From an uncultured Planctomycetia bacterium (GTDB taxonomy: Bacteria > Omnitrophota > Gorgyraeia > Tantalellales > Tantalellaceae), in assembly GCA_964409365.1 (NCBI GenBank), contig CAYPCX010000007.1:18655-82654 (forward strand): DNA of 64,000 nt, written 5' to 3'. Below the pieces are notes generated by a model. The model was given only the letters and a program-made list of their open reading frames with translations. It ran no database searches and had not been told where the DNA came from. This document shows, piece after piece, positions 1 to 10,204 of the stretch. The stretch's first letter is position 1. Every line of letters begins with the position of its first letter. A program made the translations under genes and the position numbers.

Positions 1-960
<960 letters not shown>

Positions 961-966
<6 letters not shown>

Positions 967-1023
967 CAAGTACCAAGGATAAAGGAAAAAGGATACAGGA
1001 TAAAGTGGCAAGTAGCAAATGCC
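961..1023. repeat. Degenerate 7-nt tandem array (AAGTAGC/AAGGATA type) starting at the queA stop
   Basis: aagtagc aagtacc aaggata aaggaaa aaggata caggata aagtggc aagtagc aaatgcc. Confidence 0.85.
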
Positions 1024-1052
1024 GAGTGTTGAGAAAATCAGGAGGAGGATTT

Positions 1053-1505
1053 ATGCGTAAACGAATAGTTGTTCTGGTATTGGTTCTTGTGTTCGGGTTT
1101 GCGGCACAAGCCTGTGCGCTGGTGGTGACCGCGAAGTCCGTATCCAGCGGTACGTATGAGGACGGTGATTATACGCCGGGCGCCGCCGGCAATTTCGAAG
1201 GGGAGTACATCGTCGACGAGGCGGGCGGTGAGGTGATCCTGGACAGGATAGTAACGAACAACAGGGAAGGCCGGTTAGAAGAAGGCGCGGAATATGACAT
1301 AACTAATATCGTTATGAGCGAAGGCCTCTCGTCGCTTCTTGTCGCCAGGAACAAGAAAGGGCAGAAGATATTCACCGCCGTGCGCGAGGACGACCTCAGC
1401 GCGGTCGAGGTCCTTATACTGGGCGAGGACTTTTACGAGTTCTGCCGCGCCGCCAACGGCAAGTTCTATCTCGAATACGGAGAGGTCACGGTAAGGTCCA
1501 GATAA
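1053..1505 (+). CDS. Hypothetical secreted protein
   Basis: GGAGGAGG SD just before ATG 1053. N-terminus MRKRIVVLVLVLVFGFAAQACA looks like a signal peptide. The ORF-track start at 864 overlaps queA and is unlikely. Confidence 0.75.
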   Translation: MRKRIVVLVLVLVFGFAAQACALVVTAKSVSSGTYEDGDYTPGAAGNFEGEYIVDEAGGEVILDRIVTNNREGRLEEGAEYDITNIVMSEGLSSLLVARNKKGQKIFTAVREDDLSAVEVLILGEDFYEFCRAANGKFYLEYGEVTVRSR

Positions 1506-1546
1506 TATGACGAATTGGCCGGAAAAGAAGAATGGGAGAAAACGAT

Positions 1547-3436
1547 ATGTCTGAATCAAAAAAGGAACGGCTGACGGAAATAGAGAGCCTGCGGGAAGAG
1601 GTCCAGAAGCTCAGGGAGATAGGCCTTATCTACCAGCAGACGCTGCAGGAGTTGAAGATCAAGGAAAAGGCCATCGCGTCCTCCGTGAACGCTATCGCTT
1701 TTTTCGATCTCGAAGGGAACCTGATATATGCGAACGAAGGTTTTACCAGGATGTGGGGGTACGGCTCCGAACTGGATATCCTGGGGAAGCACGTTTCAGA
1801 TTTCTGGCAGGGGGAAGCAGGCATTGGCGATGTAATGAAGAACGTGCGCGATACCGGTAACTGGTTCGGCGAGCTGAACGCCAAAAAACGGGACGGGTCC
1901 CGGTTCGATGCCCAGCTCGTGGCGAGCGTGGTCAGGGACGACAGCGGGAACCCCACCTGTATCATGGCCTCGGTCATAGACGTCACGGACCGCAAGGAAT
2001 CCGAGGAGAAGTGGCATTCTCTTGTGCAGAACGCGCCGAACATCATCATGATCATCGACAGGGACGGGACGATATCGTTCATAAACCGCACCGTGCCCGG
2101 GTTCACCGCGGAGAACACGGTAGGCACGAAGGTCTACGATTATATAGAACCGTCTTTCCATGACGTTGTAAGGGAGACGACCGAACAGGTCTTTCGCACG
2201 AAAAAACCGGGGAAATACGAGATCGAGGGCGATGGCCCCGATGGTAACAGAGCATGGTACGAGACCCGGATCGGCCCCATAATGAAAGAGGAACAGGTCG
2301 TCGGGGCGACGCTGGTAGTGTCGGACATCACGGTGAGAAGGCGCGCGGAAGAGGCCCTTAGGGAATCGGAAGAGAAGTTCAGGACCATATACGACCATGC
2401 CATGGACGGTATACTCCTGGCCGAGACCGAGAGCAAGAAGCTCGTTGACTGTAACGACATGATGTCCAACAAGCTCGGGTACTCCCGGGAAGAGATCAGG
2501 CAGCTGAGCGTAAAAGATATCCACCCCGAGGGCGACCTTAAGCGTGTGGAAGACGTGTTTGAAAAGCAGGCCAGGGGCCAGATCATACTGGCAAAGGACA
2601 TCCCGATGCTCAGAAAGGACGGGAGTGTATTCTACGCCGAAGTGAACTCCGGCCCGGTTACCATAGAGGGGAAGCATTGTCTGATGGGTTTATTTCATGA
2701 CGTGACCGAACGCAAGGAGATGGAAGAAGCCCTGCGCCGGAGCGAGCAGAAATTCCGTTTAATAACGGAAAATACGAGCGATCTTATCGCTATCATGTCC
2801 CTGGATGGGGCATATAAATATCTCAGTCCTTCCCACAGTCAGTTGGGGTATCAACCGGAAGAGCTTATTGGAAGATCAGGCATGGATATGATACATCCGG
2901 AAGACAAAAAAAGACTCACGCCCGTGCTGGCCCGGTATTCTCTTGAAAGGATCAGGGAGATCGTCAGCAGGAGAAAAGAGGCATATGTTTACGAACACGT
3001 TGAGTTCCGTTTTCCTGACAAAAAAGGGGAATGGCACGATATGGAATCCACGGCCAACCTGATGAAGAGCCTTTCCGGGGAAGGGTATGATATATTGATG
3101 ATATCCCGCGACGTCACCAAGCGCAAGAAAGCCGAACACGAACTTAGTGAACAGAGAAAACTCCTGGACAAGACCAACAAGGAGCTGAAGTGGAAGGTGG
3201 AGGAGCTCGAAGCGGCTATAAGCCATATCAAGCGGCTGGAAGGGCTTGTGCCCATATGTGTGAATTGCAAGAAGATGCGCACCGAAGGCGGTGACCCGAA
3301 AGACCCGAAGGCGTGGATACCGCTTGAAAAGTACATTTCCGACAGGACGGACGCCAGCCTGACCCACGGGTTGTGCCCGGAATGTATAAAAAAGCTGTAC
3401 GGCGACCTTGCGCAGGGACAGGGGAAAGAAAAATAA
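1547..3436 (+). CDS. Multi-PAS/PAC (four) sensor protein with C-terminal CxxC...CxxC domain and no kinase domain
   Basis: Four PAS S-box units ending DVTDRK, DITVRR, DVTERK and DVTKRK. Tail LEGLVPICVNCKKMR...THGLCPEC. No HisKA/HATPase or GGDEF motifs. Start is 1547 (GGAG SD) or 1532. Confidence 0.85.
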   Translation: MSESKKERLTEIESLREEVQKLREIGLIYQQTLQELKIKEKAIASSVNAIAFFDLEGNLIYANEGFTRMWGYGSELDILGKHVSDFWQGEAGIGDVMKNVRDTGNWFGELNAKKRDGSRFDAQLVASVVRDDSGNPTCIMASVIDVTDRKESEEKWHSLVQNAPNIIMIIDRDGTISFINRTVPGFTAENTVGTKVYDYIEPSFHDVVRETTEQVFRTKKPGKYEIEGDGPDGNRAWYETRIGPIMKEEQVVGATLVVSDITVRRRAEEALRESEEKFRTIYDHAMDGILLAETESKKLVDCNDMMSNKLGYSREEIRQLSVKDIHPEGDLKRVEDVFEKQARGQIILAKDIPMLRKDGSVFYAEVNSGPVTIEGKHCLMGLFHDVTERKEMEEALRRSEQKFRLITENTSDLIAIMSLDGAYKYLSPSHSQLGYQPEELIGRSGMDMIHPEDKKRLTPVLARYSLERIREIVSRRKEAYVYEHVEFRFPDKKGEWHDMESTANLMKSLSGEGYDILMISRDVTKRKKAEHELSEQRKLLDKTNKELKWKVEELEAAISHIKRLEGLVPICVNCKKMRTEGGDPKDPKAWIPLEKYISDRTDASLTHGLCPECIKKLYGDLAQGQGKEK

Positions 3437-3451
3437 AGGAGACAGTCTGAG

Positions 3452-3865
3452 ATGAGCGGGAAGGTCATATTTGTTCTGACGGTTCTTATCGCGTCTCTAT
3501 TGGCGCCCGGGTCTCTTTCAGCCCAGGGGAGAGATGAACGGTCCATGCAGAGGTATCCCGGGGGCGAATATGGTATGAGTATAGGCGGCGGGTATGCGAT
3601 GGCTCCCGACGGGGAGCTCATAGAGCCCTCAGAGTACCGCGACCCTTACATCGACACCGAATACGGGCCCCTGACCAGAAAGGGTTTTTTATTGTTCCCG
3701 GGATACGAAGTGGGCGGTTCCGCGGCGCCAAGGCCGGTCAAGGAAGAAAAGGCGAAGATAGAGGATTTCATTTTCCACGAAGCGACGACTTCCGCCGAAG
3801 AGACTACTACTACCATGCAGAGCGATCTTTGGGGAGTATATTCGCCGGGAGATGAAAGCGAATAG
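3452..3865 (+). CDS. Hypothetical exported protein
   Basis: AAGGAG SD; hydrophobic signal-like N-terminus ending SLSA. Confidence 0.65.
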   Translation: MSGKVIFVLTVLIASLLAPGSLSAQGRDERSMQRYPGGEYGMSIGGGYAMAPDGELIEPSEYRDPYIDTEYGPLTRKGFLLFPGYEVGGSAAPRPVKEEKAKIEDFIFHEATTSAEETTTTMQSDLWGVYSPGDESE

Positions 3866-3883
3866 TAAAATTCCGCGCAAGTC

Positions 3884-3911
3884 TTGCATGTTAGACCATA
3901 ATAAGTATACT
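3884..3911 (+). promoter_or_regulatory. Putative sigma70 promoter for the receiver/polysaccharide operon
   Basis: TTGCAT-N16-TATACT in an AT-rich spacer upstream of 3963. Confidence 0.45.
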
Positions 3912-3962
3912 TTAGGTGACATTTATAGTATTAATTTTATATAAGCGCTTTTTGGGGCGGAG

Positions 3963-4349
3963 ATGGAAGACAGAAGCTATAAAGCCAAGTTGCTTATCGC
4001 GGATGACGAGCTGAATATCAGGGATATACTCAGGGATTTTTTTATACGGAAGAAATACCAGGTGGACACGGCCTCAAGCGGGAGAGAGGTCGTGGAGAAA
4101 CTGAAGCAAGACAAGCCGGACATACTGCTTCTCGATCTGAGGATGCCGGATATGACCGGGGAAGAAGTGCTCAAGTTCATTGACGACAATAAGATAAACG
4201 TCGGCATCATCATAATTACGGGTTACCCGGGTGAGGTCAAGAACAGGAAACTCCTTAACAGGACCTATGATTTCGTGGTGAAGCCGTTCGATCTGGATTA
4301 TCTGAACAACACGGTCTTGACAAAGGTGATCCTTCTTACCGAGGGATAG
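3963..4349 (+). CDS. Stand-alone response regulator receiver
   Basis: IADDE acidic pocket, LLDLRMP phospho-Asp, ITG, KPF. Confidence 0.92.
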   Translation: MEDRSYKAKLLIADDELNIRDILRDFFIRKKYQVDTASSGREVVEKLKQDKPDILLLDLRMPDMTGEEVLKFIDDNKINVGIIIITGYPGEVKNRKLLNRTYDFVVKPFDLDYLNNTVLTKVILLTEG

Positions 4350-4363
4350 GGTTTATAAGCGAT

Positions 4364-5437
4364 ATGACGAAGATATTCGTATTGGCTTTTGGCGCGTCAG
4401 TGATATTCACGTGGCTGGCCATCAGGTTAGCCTCGAAGCTCCGCATTTTTGACCAGCCTGAGGAGAGGAAGATCCATAAGAGGCCTGTTCCGCTTCTCGG
4501 CGGGGTGGCCGTGTTCGGCGCTTACGCGCTCGCGCTTCTTCTGAACTTTCATTTTTCGTGGGCGCTTAAAGGGGTGGTGATCGCTTCTTTCATCATCATG
4601 CTCTCCGGGCTTTTTGATGACGTGAAAAAGCTTCCCGCCGCGGCAAGGCTTATCGTGCAGATATTGTGTTCGCTGGTCGTCGTTTACTGCGGCATACGCA
4701 TCAATATAATCCCCGATGACCTTCCTTTTGCCGTTACCCTCGAGACGCTGATAACCGTGTTCTGGATAGTTGGCATAACCAACGCGCTGAATTTCATGGA
4801 CGGGATCGACGGCCTGGCCGCGGGGATGTCGTTCATTGTCTCGGGCACGTTCTTCATAATAGCTTACCAGACGGGACAGCCGTATTTCGCGTTCCTGAAC
4901 ATAGCCCTGGCGGGAGCGAGCCTGGGGTTCCTTGTGTTCAATTTCCACCCGGCCAGGATATTCCTGGGCGACGCCGGGAGCAGTTTCCTGGGTTTCACCC
5001 TGGCGTCCCTGGCGGCGATGGGAGAGTGGGCCGAGAAGAGGCCTATCGTCGCCCTGAGCATACCGCTTTTGCTCCTGGCGATACTTATATTCGACATGGT
5101 CTACATCACGATCTCCCGTATCGCGCGCGGTACTGTCAGGACGTTCAAGGAATGGATAGAGTACGTGGGAAGGGACCACCTTCACCACCGGCTTATCGGA
5201 ATGGGTTTCACGCAGGTCCAGACGGTCCTGTTCATTTATCTGGTGAACGTGATATTCGCTCTCGGGGCTCTCGTGCTCATGAAAGCGACCACCGCCCAGG
5301 CGATACTGCTCCTGTCGCAGGGTGTGTGCTTCCTGGTCATAGTTACGGTGCTCATGGTCGTGGGCAAGAACCATCTCGATAAGAGCCGTTTTTATGAAGA
5401 ACAGTTGAAAGAGGCCAGACAAAACAATTCTGTGTAA
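4364..5437 (+). CDS. wecA: WecA/MraY-family undecaprenyl-phosphate sugar-1-phosphate transferase
   Basis: RKIHKRPVPLLGG, GLFDD, NALNFMDGIDGLA, FNFHPARIFLGDAGS, HLHHRL; multiple TM segments. Confidence 0.9.
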   Translation: MTKIFVLAFGASVIFTWLAIRLASKLRIFDQPEERKIHKRPVPLLGGVAVFGAYALALLLNFHFSWALKGVVIASFIIMLSGLFDDVKKLPAAARLIVQILCSLVVVYCGIRINIIPDDLPFAVTLETLITVFWIVGITNALNFMDGIDGLAAGMSFIVSGTFFIIAYQTGQPYFAFLNIALAGASLGFLVFNFHPARIFLGDAGSSFLGFTLASLAAMGEWAEKRPIVALSIPLLLLAILIFDMVYITISRIARGTVRTFKEWIEYVGRDHLHHRLIGMGFTQVQTVLFIYLVNVIFALGALVLMKATTAQAILLLSQGVCFLVIVTVLMVVGKNHLDKSRFYEEQLKEARQNNSV

Positions 5438-5457
5438 ACAGCGGGGGACTTGAGGTT

Positions 5458-6270
5458 ATGGACTTTTTGACTTACTGGCACATGGAAGAGAAACCGTTCG
5501 AGAACACGGGGGACCCGAAGTTCTTCTACTATTCTCCCTGTCACAAGGAAGCGCTGGTGAGGCTGATCTACGTCATAAGGCAGAACAAGGCGGGGGCCCT
5601 GCTTGCCGGGGATTACGGGACGGGAAAGACGACCATCGCCCACGAGCTTTTGATGGAGATAGAGCAGAGCGACCGGTATTGCAGCGTGTATATAAGCAAT
5701 CCCCTGCTGTCGCCGGAAGAGCTCATACAGGAAATAGCTTACCAGCTCGGGATCACGCAGGAGGGCGCCTCGCGCCTGCAGCTGAAACGCATGATAGAGG
5801 AACGCCTGCACCAGGTGGCGGAGGAGAACAACCATACCATAATAATCGTCGACGAGGCGCATCTGATAACCAACAAAGAGGTGCTCGAAGAACTGCGCCT
5901 CATGATGAACCTGCAGGTAAGGAACCGCTTTCTGGCGACGATAATCATGATGGGCCAGCTTGAACTGAGGGATATAATCAACGCCATGCCGCAGTTCAAA
6001 CAGCGGTTCGCTATATTCTACGTGCTCAGGAACCTGGACGAGGATGAGACGCTCAAATATGTCCAGCACCGGCTGGGCGTGGCCGGGGCCAAATATACCA
6101 TATTCGACGACGAGGCGAACAGCCTGATATTCAGGTCATCCAGCGGGAGGCCGCGGCAGATAAACAACATCTGCGATATGGCTCTTCTTGTGGGGTACAT
6201 GAAAAAACTGGATGTGATCAACGGGCAGGTGATCCGGGAGGTAGTCAAGGATCTGGGAAGCGAGATCTGA
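5458..6270 (+). CDS. ExeA/GspA-like AAA ATPase
   Basis: KPFENTGDPKFFY...HKEAL, Walker A GDYGTGKTT, Walker B IVDEAH, MGQLEL, SGRPRQINNICD. Confidence 0.9.
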   Translation: MDFLTYWHMEEKPFENTGDPKFFYYSPCHKEALVRLIYVIRQNKAGALLAGDYGTGKTTIAHELLMEIEQSDRYCSVYISNPLLSPEELIQEIAYQLGITQEGASRLQLKRMIEERLHQVAEENNHTIIIVDEAHLITNKEVLEELRLMMNLQVRNRFLATIIMMGQLELRDIINAMPQFKQRFAIFYVLRNLDEDETLKYVQHRLGVAGAKYTIFDDEANSLIFRSSSGRPRQINNICDMALLVGYMKKLDVINGQVIREVVKDLGSEI

Positions 6271-6272
6271 TC

Positions 6273-7346
6273 ATGGTCGATTTTCACAAAGGGTTTGAGG
6301 GGTTCGAAAGGCTGGATTCTTCCAAAGAAGGGAAGAAGGAAGAAGATCTTTCGCTGTCCGGCAAGCAGCGGGAACCGGAACAGCAGGTGGAAGGTCTTGT
6401 GCCCTCCAGGTCCGACCTGGCCAAGGCCGAGGCCTTTTACGAGAACGTCCTGGATTTTGTCAGGCCCTTGCTCGATAAGGTAAAGGAAGGCAGCGAAAGC
6501 CAGATCAAGGCCGAAGAGATCCTCGGCTGGGTGGACGAATTCAGCGATTGTTTCCGCACCAGCATCGCCTCCGGCGACCTTGTGCGGCTTGCCCTGCAGC
6601 ATGATGAGTATCAGGAGAACTATCTCTATACCCATTCGGTGAACGTCTGTTTCCTGGCGGTAAAAGTGGCCCTTGACCTTAATTTCACCAAAGGCAAACT
6701 TTCGGAGCTCGTGATGGCGTCCCTTTTGCATGACATAGGCATGATGAAGATACCCGAGCATATATGGAACAAGGACGGGCGTCTCACGAAGGCGGAGAAC
6801 GAAGAAGTCCAGAAGCACGCGCTGTACGGGGAAGAGATCGTCAGGGCCCTGCCGGGCATTCCCGAGGCGGTCCCCGTTATCATAGGGCAGCACCAGGAGA
6901 GGATCGACGGGTCCGGGTATCCGAGGCACCTGACGAAGGATGCCATACATTACGGGGCTCGTCTTTTGGCCCTGATAGACAGTTATGAAGCGCAGACGCA
7001 CACCAGGCTGTGGAGGCGGCGCACGCTGCCCGACAGGGCCATACAGGGCATACTTGATTCGGAGAGCAACGGTTACGATCCGCATTTCATGAAAGCCATG
7101 CTGAGGCATATATCCATATTCCCGGTAGGTTCGTGGGTAAAGATAAGTTCCGGGGACATCGGGATGGTGATAAAGACCAACGAGGATACGCCGATGAGGC
7201 CGGTCATAAGCGTGGTGATGAGCCGCGACCGCAACAGGTTCGAGGAACCGAGGATGATAGACCTGTCCAAACAGTTCCTTATACACGTATTAGAGTGCAT
7301 AGACCCGAGAGAGATCGAAGGTCTGCAGGGGGTGAAGACAGAATGA
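6273..7346 (+). CDS. HD-GYP domain protein (c-di-GMP phosphodiesterase family)
   Basis: HSVNV, LLHDIG, HALYG, HQERIDGSGYP, plus FPVGSWVK tail. Confidence 0.88.
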   Translation: MVDFHKGFEGFERLDSSKEGKKEEDLSLSGKQREPEQQVEGLVPSRSDLAKAEAFYENVLDFVRPLLDKVKEGSESQIKAEEILGWVDEFSDCFRTSIASGDLVRLALQHDEYQENYLYTHSVNVCFLAVKVALDLNFTKGKLSELVMASLLHDIGMMKIPEHIWNKDGRLTKAENEEVQKHALYGEEIVRALPGIPEAVPVIIGQHQERIDGSGYPRHLTKDAIHYGARLLALIDSYEAQTHTRLWRRRTLPDRAIQGILDSESNGYDPHFMKAMLRHISIFPVGSWVKISSGDIGMVIKTNEDTPMRPVISVVMSRDRNRFEEPRMIDLSKQFLIHVLECIDPREIEGLQGVKTE

Positions 7347-8152
7347 AGGGAAAATACCGGAAGGTTTACGCAGTATCCCTGGTCCTGGCTATGACGGTAA
7401 TGGTGGCCTTGGGCGGCGCCGGGTGCGCCCGCACGGCCGCGCCCAGGGGCAAGCTTGATTATTCTCTTTACGCTCCCGAAGGGTCGATGATCTCCGAAGG
7501 CCAATATGTCATCGGCGTAAGGGATGAGCTTGATGTTTTTGTGTGGAGGTGCCCGGAGCTGGATTCCAGCGTGACCGTAAGGCCCGAAGACGGGAAGATA
7601 ACCCTTCCCTTGATAGGCGACGTGAAGGCCGCCGGCCTTACCCCGAAACAACTCGCCAAGTCCATAAGCAAAAGAATGGAGTATTACGTCAAAGAGCCTA
7701 AAATAGCCGTAGGCGTGAAGAAGTTCGGGGAAAAGAAAGTCTACATCATGGGAGAGGTCATCAGCCAGGGGACTTACAGGCTGGAAAGGAGCGACAGGAT
7801 CATAGATCTTATAACGAGGGCGGGCGGGTTCACACCCGACGCCGTGCCCTCGACTACGTATATCGTGAGAGGTAATTACCATGATCACAAGACAGTGAGG
7901 GTAAATCTGGCCAGGCTGCTGCACGAGGGGGACATGACGCAGAACGTGTACCTCGAGGAAGGCGATATAGTGTATGTGCCCGAGGACCTGATAGATAATT
8001 ATAACCGGGCGCTGCAGAAGATATTCCCCACACTGTTCTTCGCGCAAAAGGTGGGAGAACTGAAGCTCGATATAATGAGAGAAAGATTTGACTGGCATGA
8101 GGTTTGGAATAAAATGGGCGATAAGGATTACACCAGACCGGGCGCGGATTGA
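7343..8152 (+). CDS. wza: Polysaccharide export (Wza/OPX, Poly_export + SLBB) lipoprotein
   Basis: ATGA overlap with the upstream stop; lipobox-like GAGC; YVIGVRDELDVFVW, VRPEDGKITLPLIGDVKAAGLT, GEV, AGGFT, GDIVYVP. Confidence 0.88.
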   Translation: MKGKYRKVYAVSLVLAMTVMVALGGAGCARTAAPRGKLDYSLYAPEGSMISEGQYVIGVRDELDVFVWRCPELDSSVTVRPEDGKITLPLIGDVKAAGLTPKQLAKSISKRMEYYVKEPKIAVGVKKFGEKKVYIMGEVISQGTYRLERSDRIIDLITRAGGFTPDAVPSTTYIVRGNYHDHKTVRVNLARLLHEGDMTQNVYLEEGDIVYVPEDLIDNYNRALQKIFPTLFFAQKVGELKLDIMRERFDWHEVWNKMGDKDYTRPGAD

Positions 8153-8194
8153 TATTTATAATAAAACGTGAAAGGCTGATGCGGAGGATGGAAA

Positions 8195-10183
8195 ATGCCT
8201 GAATACGGTTTGAATTTGTGGGATTACTGGCGAATAATCTACAAGAGGAAGTGGATCATCATCGCGGTATTTCTTGTTTCGGTGATCAGTGCGCACTTTT
8301 TCGGCGAGAAGACCATACCTATCTACAAGTCGACCGTCACCTTATATGTGAACATGCAGAGGACTCCTATAGCCGAGATCACCGGGTCCGGCGTCACCTT
8401 CTGGGGGGGAGGCGGGGTGGATATCACCACCCAGCTCGAGCTTATAAAGAGTTACAACACGTTGAAGGACGTAGCCTTGAAACTGGGCTATATCACGCCG
8501 GAGACGGACAGCGATAAGATCCAGGCGATCGTGTCTTCCCTGAGGGTCAGGATATCCGTGGAGGAGCAGCCGAACACGGACCTCGTGGATATTACCGCCA
8601 CGGACGCCAATCCCGAAAAGGCCAAGGCTATCGTGGAAACGGTAGCGGAAGTGTTCATACAGAAGCACTGGGAGAGGAAGATAGAGGAGACCAGGAACAC
8701 CAAGGAGTTCGTCGAAAGCCAGCTCAAAAAGATGGACGAGACCATGACCAACATCAAGAGGAAACTGAAAGCCCTTGGCGTGGAGGCGCAGGTGGAAGGC
8801 GCCATACCTTCCGGGGCCATGGATTTCGGGACCCGCCTCCTCCAGCTGAAATTCGAACTGAGCAACCTGGAAGCGCGTTACACGGATAACTACCCGAGGA
8901 TCATCAATATCAAGGAAGAGATAAAGAACATAGAAAAGCAGCTGGGCACGGCGCACGATGAGATACCGGATTCCGAGCTGGAAGTCGTCGACGCGGAAAG
9001 GCTCAGGAACGAGCTTGTCATCAACCAGAAACTGTACGCTCTTCTTAAAGAGAGGTACGAAAGGGCAAGTATCCTCGAGGCTTCAAAGACAAAGGATATC
9101 GAGATCGTTAATCCCGCGACAAAACCGCGTGCTCCCGCGACGACGCCGGCTTCGGCCAACATATTTTTCGGGGGAGTGATAGGTCTTGTCCTGGGCCTGG
9201 TGGCGGCGTTCATCACGGAGAGCCTCGATACCTCCATAGGGACGATAGAGGACGTCGAGGAATATCTTCACATGCCCGTTCTCGGGGTCATACCCCAGAT
9301 CGAGGTGAGCAAGAAAGACAGCTTGGATTTCTGGAAAGAACCCCCGCCGCCCGAAGAACGTAAAAAGATCACCGAGATCATGGGACGCCTCGTCACCCTT
9401 TACCAGCCCAAGTCCTCTGTTTCGGAAGCGTACAGGAACCTCCAGACGTACATAAAGTTCTCCGGTTTGGACAAGTTCGGCAACTGCATGATGTTCACCA
9501 GCGCGGGGGTCCGGGAGGGTAAAACTATAACGAGCGTCAATTCCGCTCTCAGCATGGCCCAGCTGGGGTACAAGGTCCTGTTGATAGACGCTGATCTCAG
9601 GAGGCCTTCCGTCCATAAGGTCTTCGGCATAAAAAGGGAGATAGGCCTGACGGAGGCGGTGCTGGGGACTTTCAAGATAGAGGACGTGGTCAAATCCGTG
9701 GACGACATCATGCTGGGTAATATCAAATCGAGCTTGATACTCAAGACGTACGGTATGGAGAACCTCAACATAATAACGGCGGGTCACATGGCGGCTAACC
9801 CGACAGAGATCCTGAGCTCCCAGAACATGTCATCGTTCATAAAAGAGGTGAAAGATAAGTTCCAGGTCGTATTTTTTGATTCCGCGCCGATCCTCCCCGT
9901 AACGGATTCATGTATACTGAGCTCAAAGATGGACGGCGTGATACTCGTATATGAGGTAGGCAGGGTCTCCCGGGGTGCTTTGCGCCGGAGTAAGATGCAG
10001 GTAGAGAACGCCAAAGGCAGGCCGATCGGCGTCGTCCTGAACAATATGAGGGCTTCGGACATGAGGTTCGGATCGCCTTTCTATTATTATTACCAGAAAT
10101 ATTACGGCGAAGAGCCCGAGGAAGAGAAGGGCCATCCGGCGGAGAAAAAAGAGTCGGCCGAAAAGGATTCTTCCAAAGGGTGA
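8195..10183 (+). CDS. wzc: Polysaccharide co-polymerase / BY-kinase (Wzc)
   Basis: N-terminal TM, coiled coils, YTDNYP, SEAYRNL, Walker EGKT, IDADLRRP, C-terminal Tyr cluster FYYYYQKYY. Confidence 0.93.
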   Translation: MPEYGLNLWDYWRIIYKRKWIIIAVFLVSVISAHFFGEKTIPIYKSTVTLYVNMQRTPIAEITGSGVTFWGGGGVDITTQLELIKSYNTLKDVALKLGYITPETDSDKIQAIVSSLRVRISVEEQPNTDLVDITATDANPEKAKAIVETVAEVFIQKHWERKIEETRNTKEFVESQLKKMDETMTNIKRKLKALGVEAQVEGAIPSGAMDFGTRLLQLKFELSNLEARYTDNYPRIINIKEEIKNIEKQLGTAHDEIPDSELEVVDAERLRNELVINQKLYALLKERYERASILEASKTKDIEIVNPATKPRAPATTPASANIFFGGVIGLVLGLVAAFITESLDTSIGTIEDVEEYLHMPVLGVIPQIEVSKKDSLDFWKEPPPPEERKKITEIMGRLVTLYQPKSSVSEAYRNLQTYIKFSGLDKFGNCMMFTSAGVREGKTITSVNSALSMAQLGYKVLLIDADLRRPSVHKVFGIKREIGLTEAVLGTFKIEDVVKSVDDIMLGNIKSSLILKTYGMENLNIITAGHMAANPTEILSSQNMSSFIKEVKDKFQVVFFDSAPILPVTDSCILSSKMDGVILVYEVGRVSRGALRRSKMQVENAKGRPIGVVLNNMRASDMRFGSPFYYYYQKYYGEEPEEEKGHPAEKKESAEKDSSKG

Positions 10184-10204
10184 TCTTGCTTCCGGGAGGG
10201 CAAA

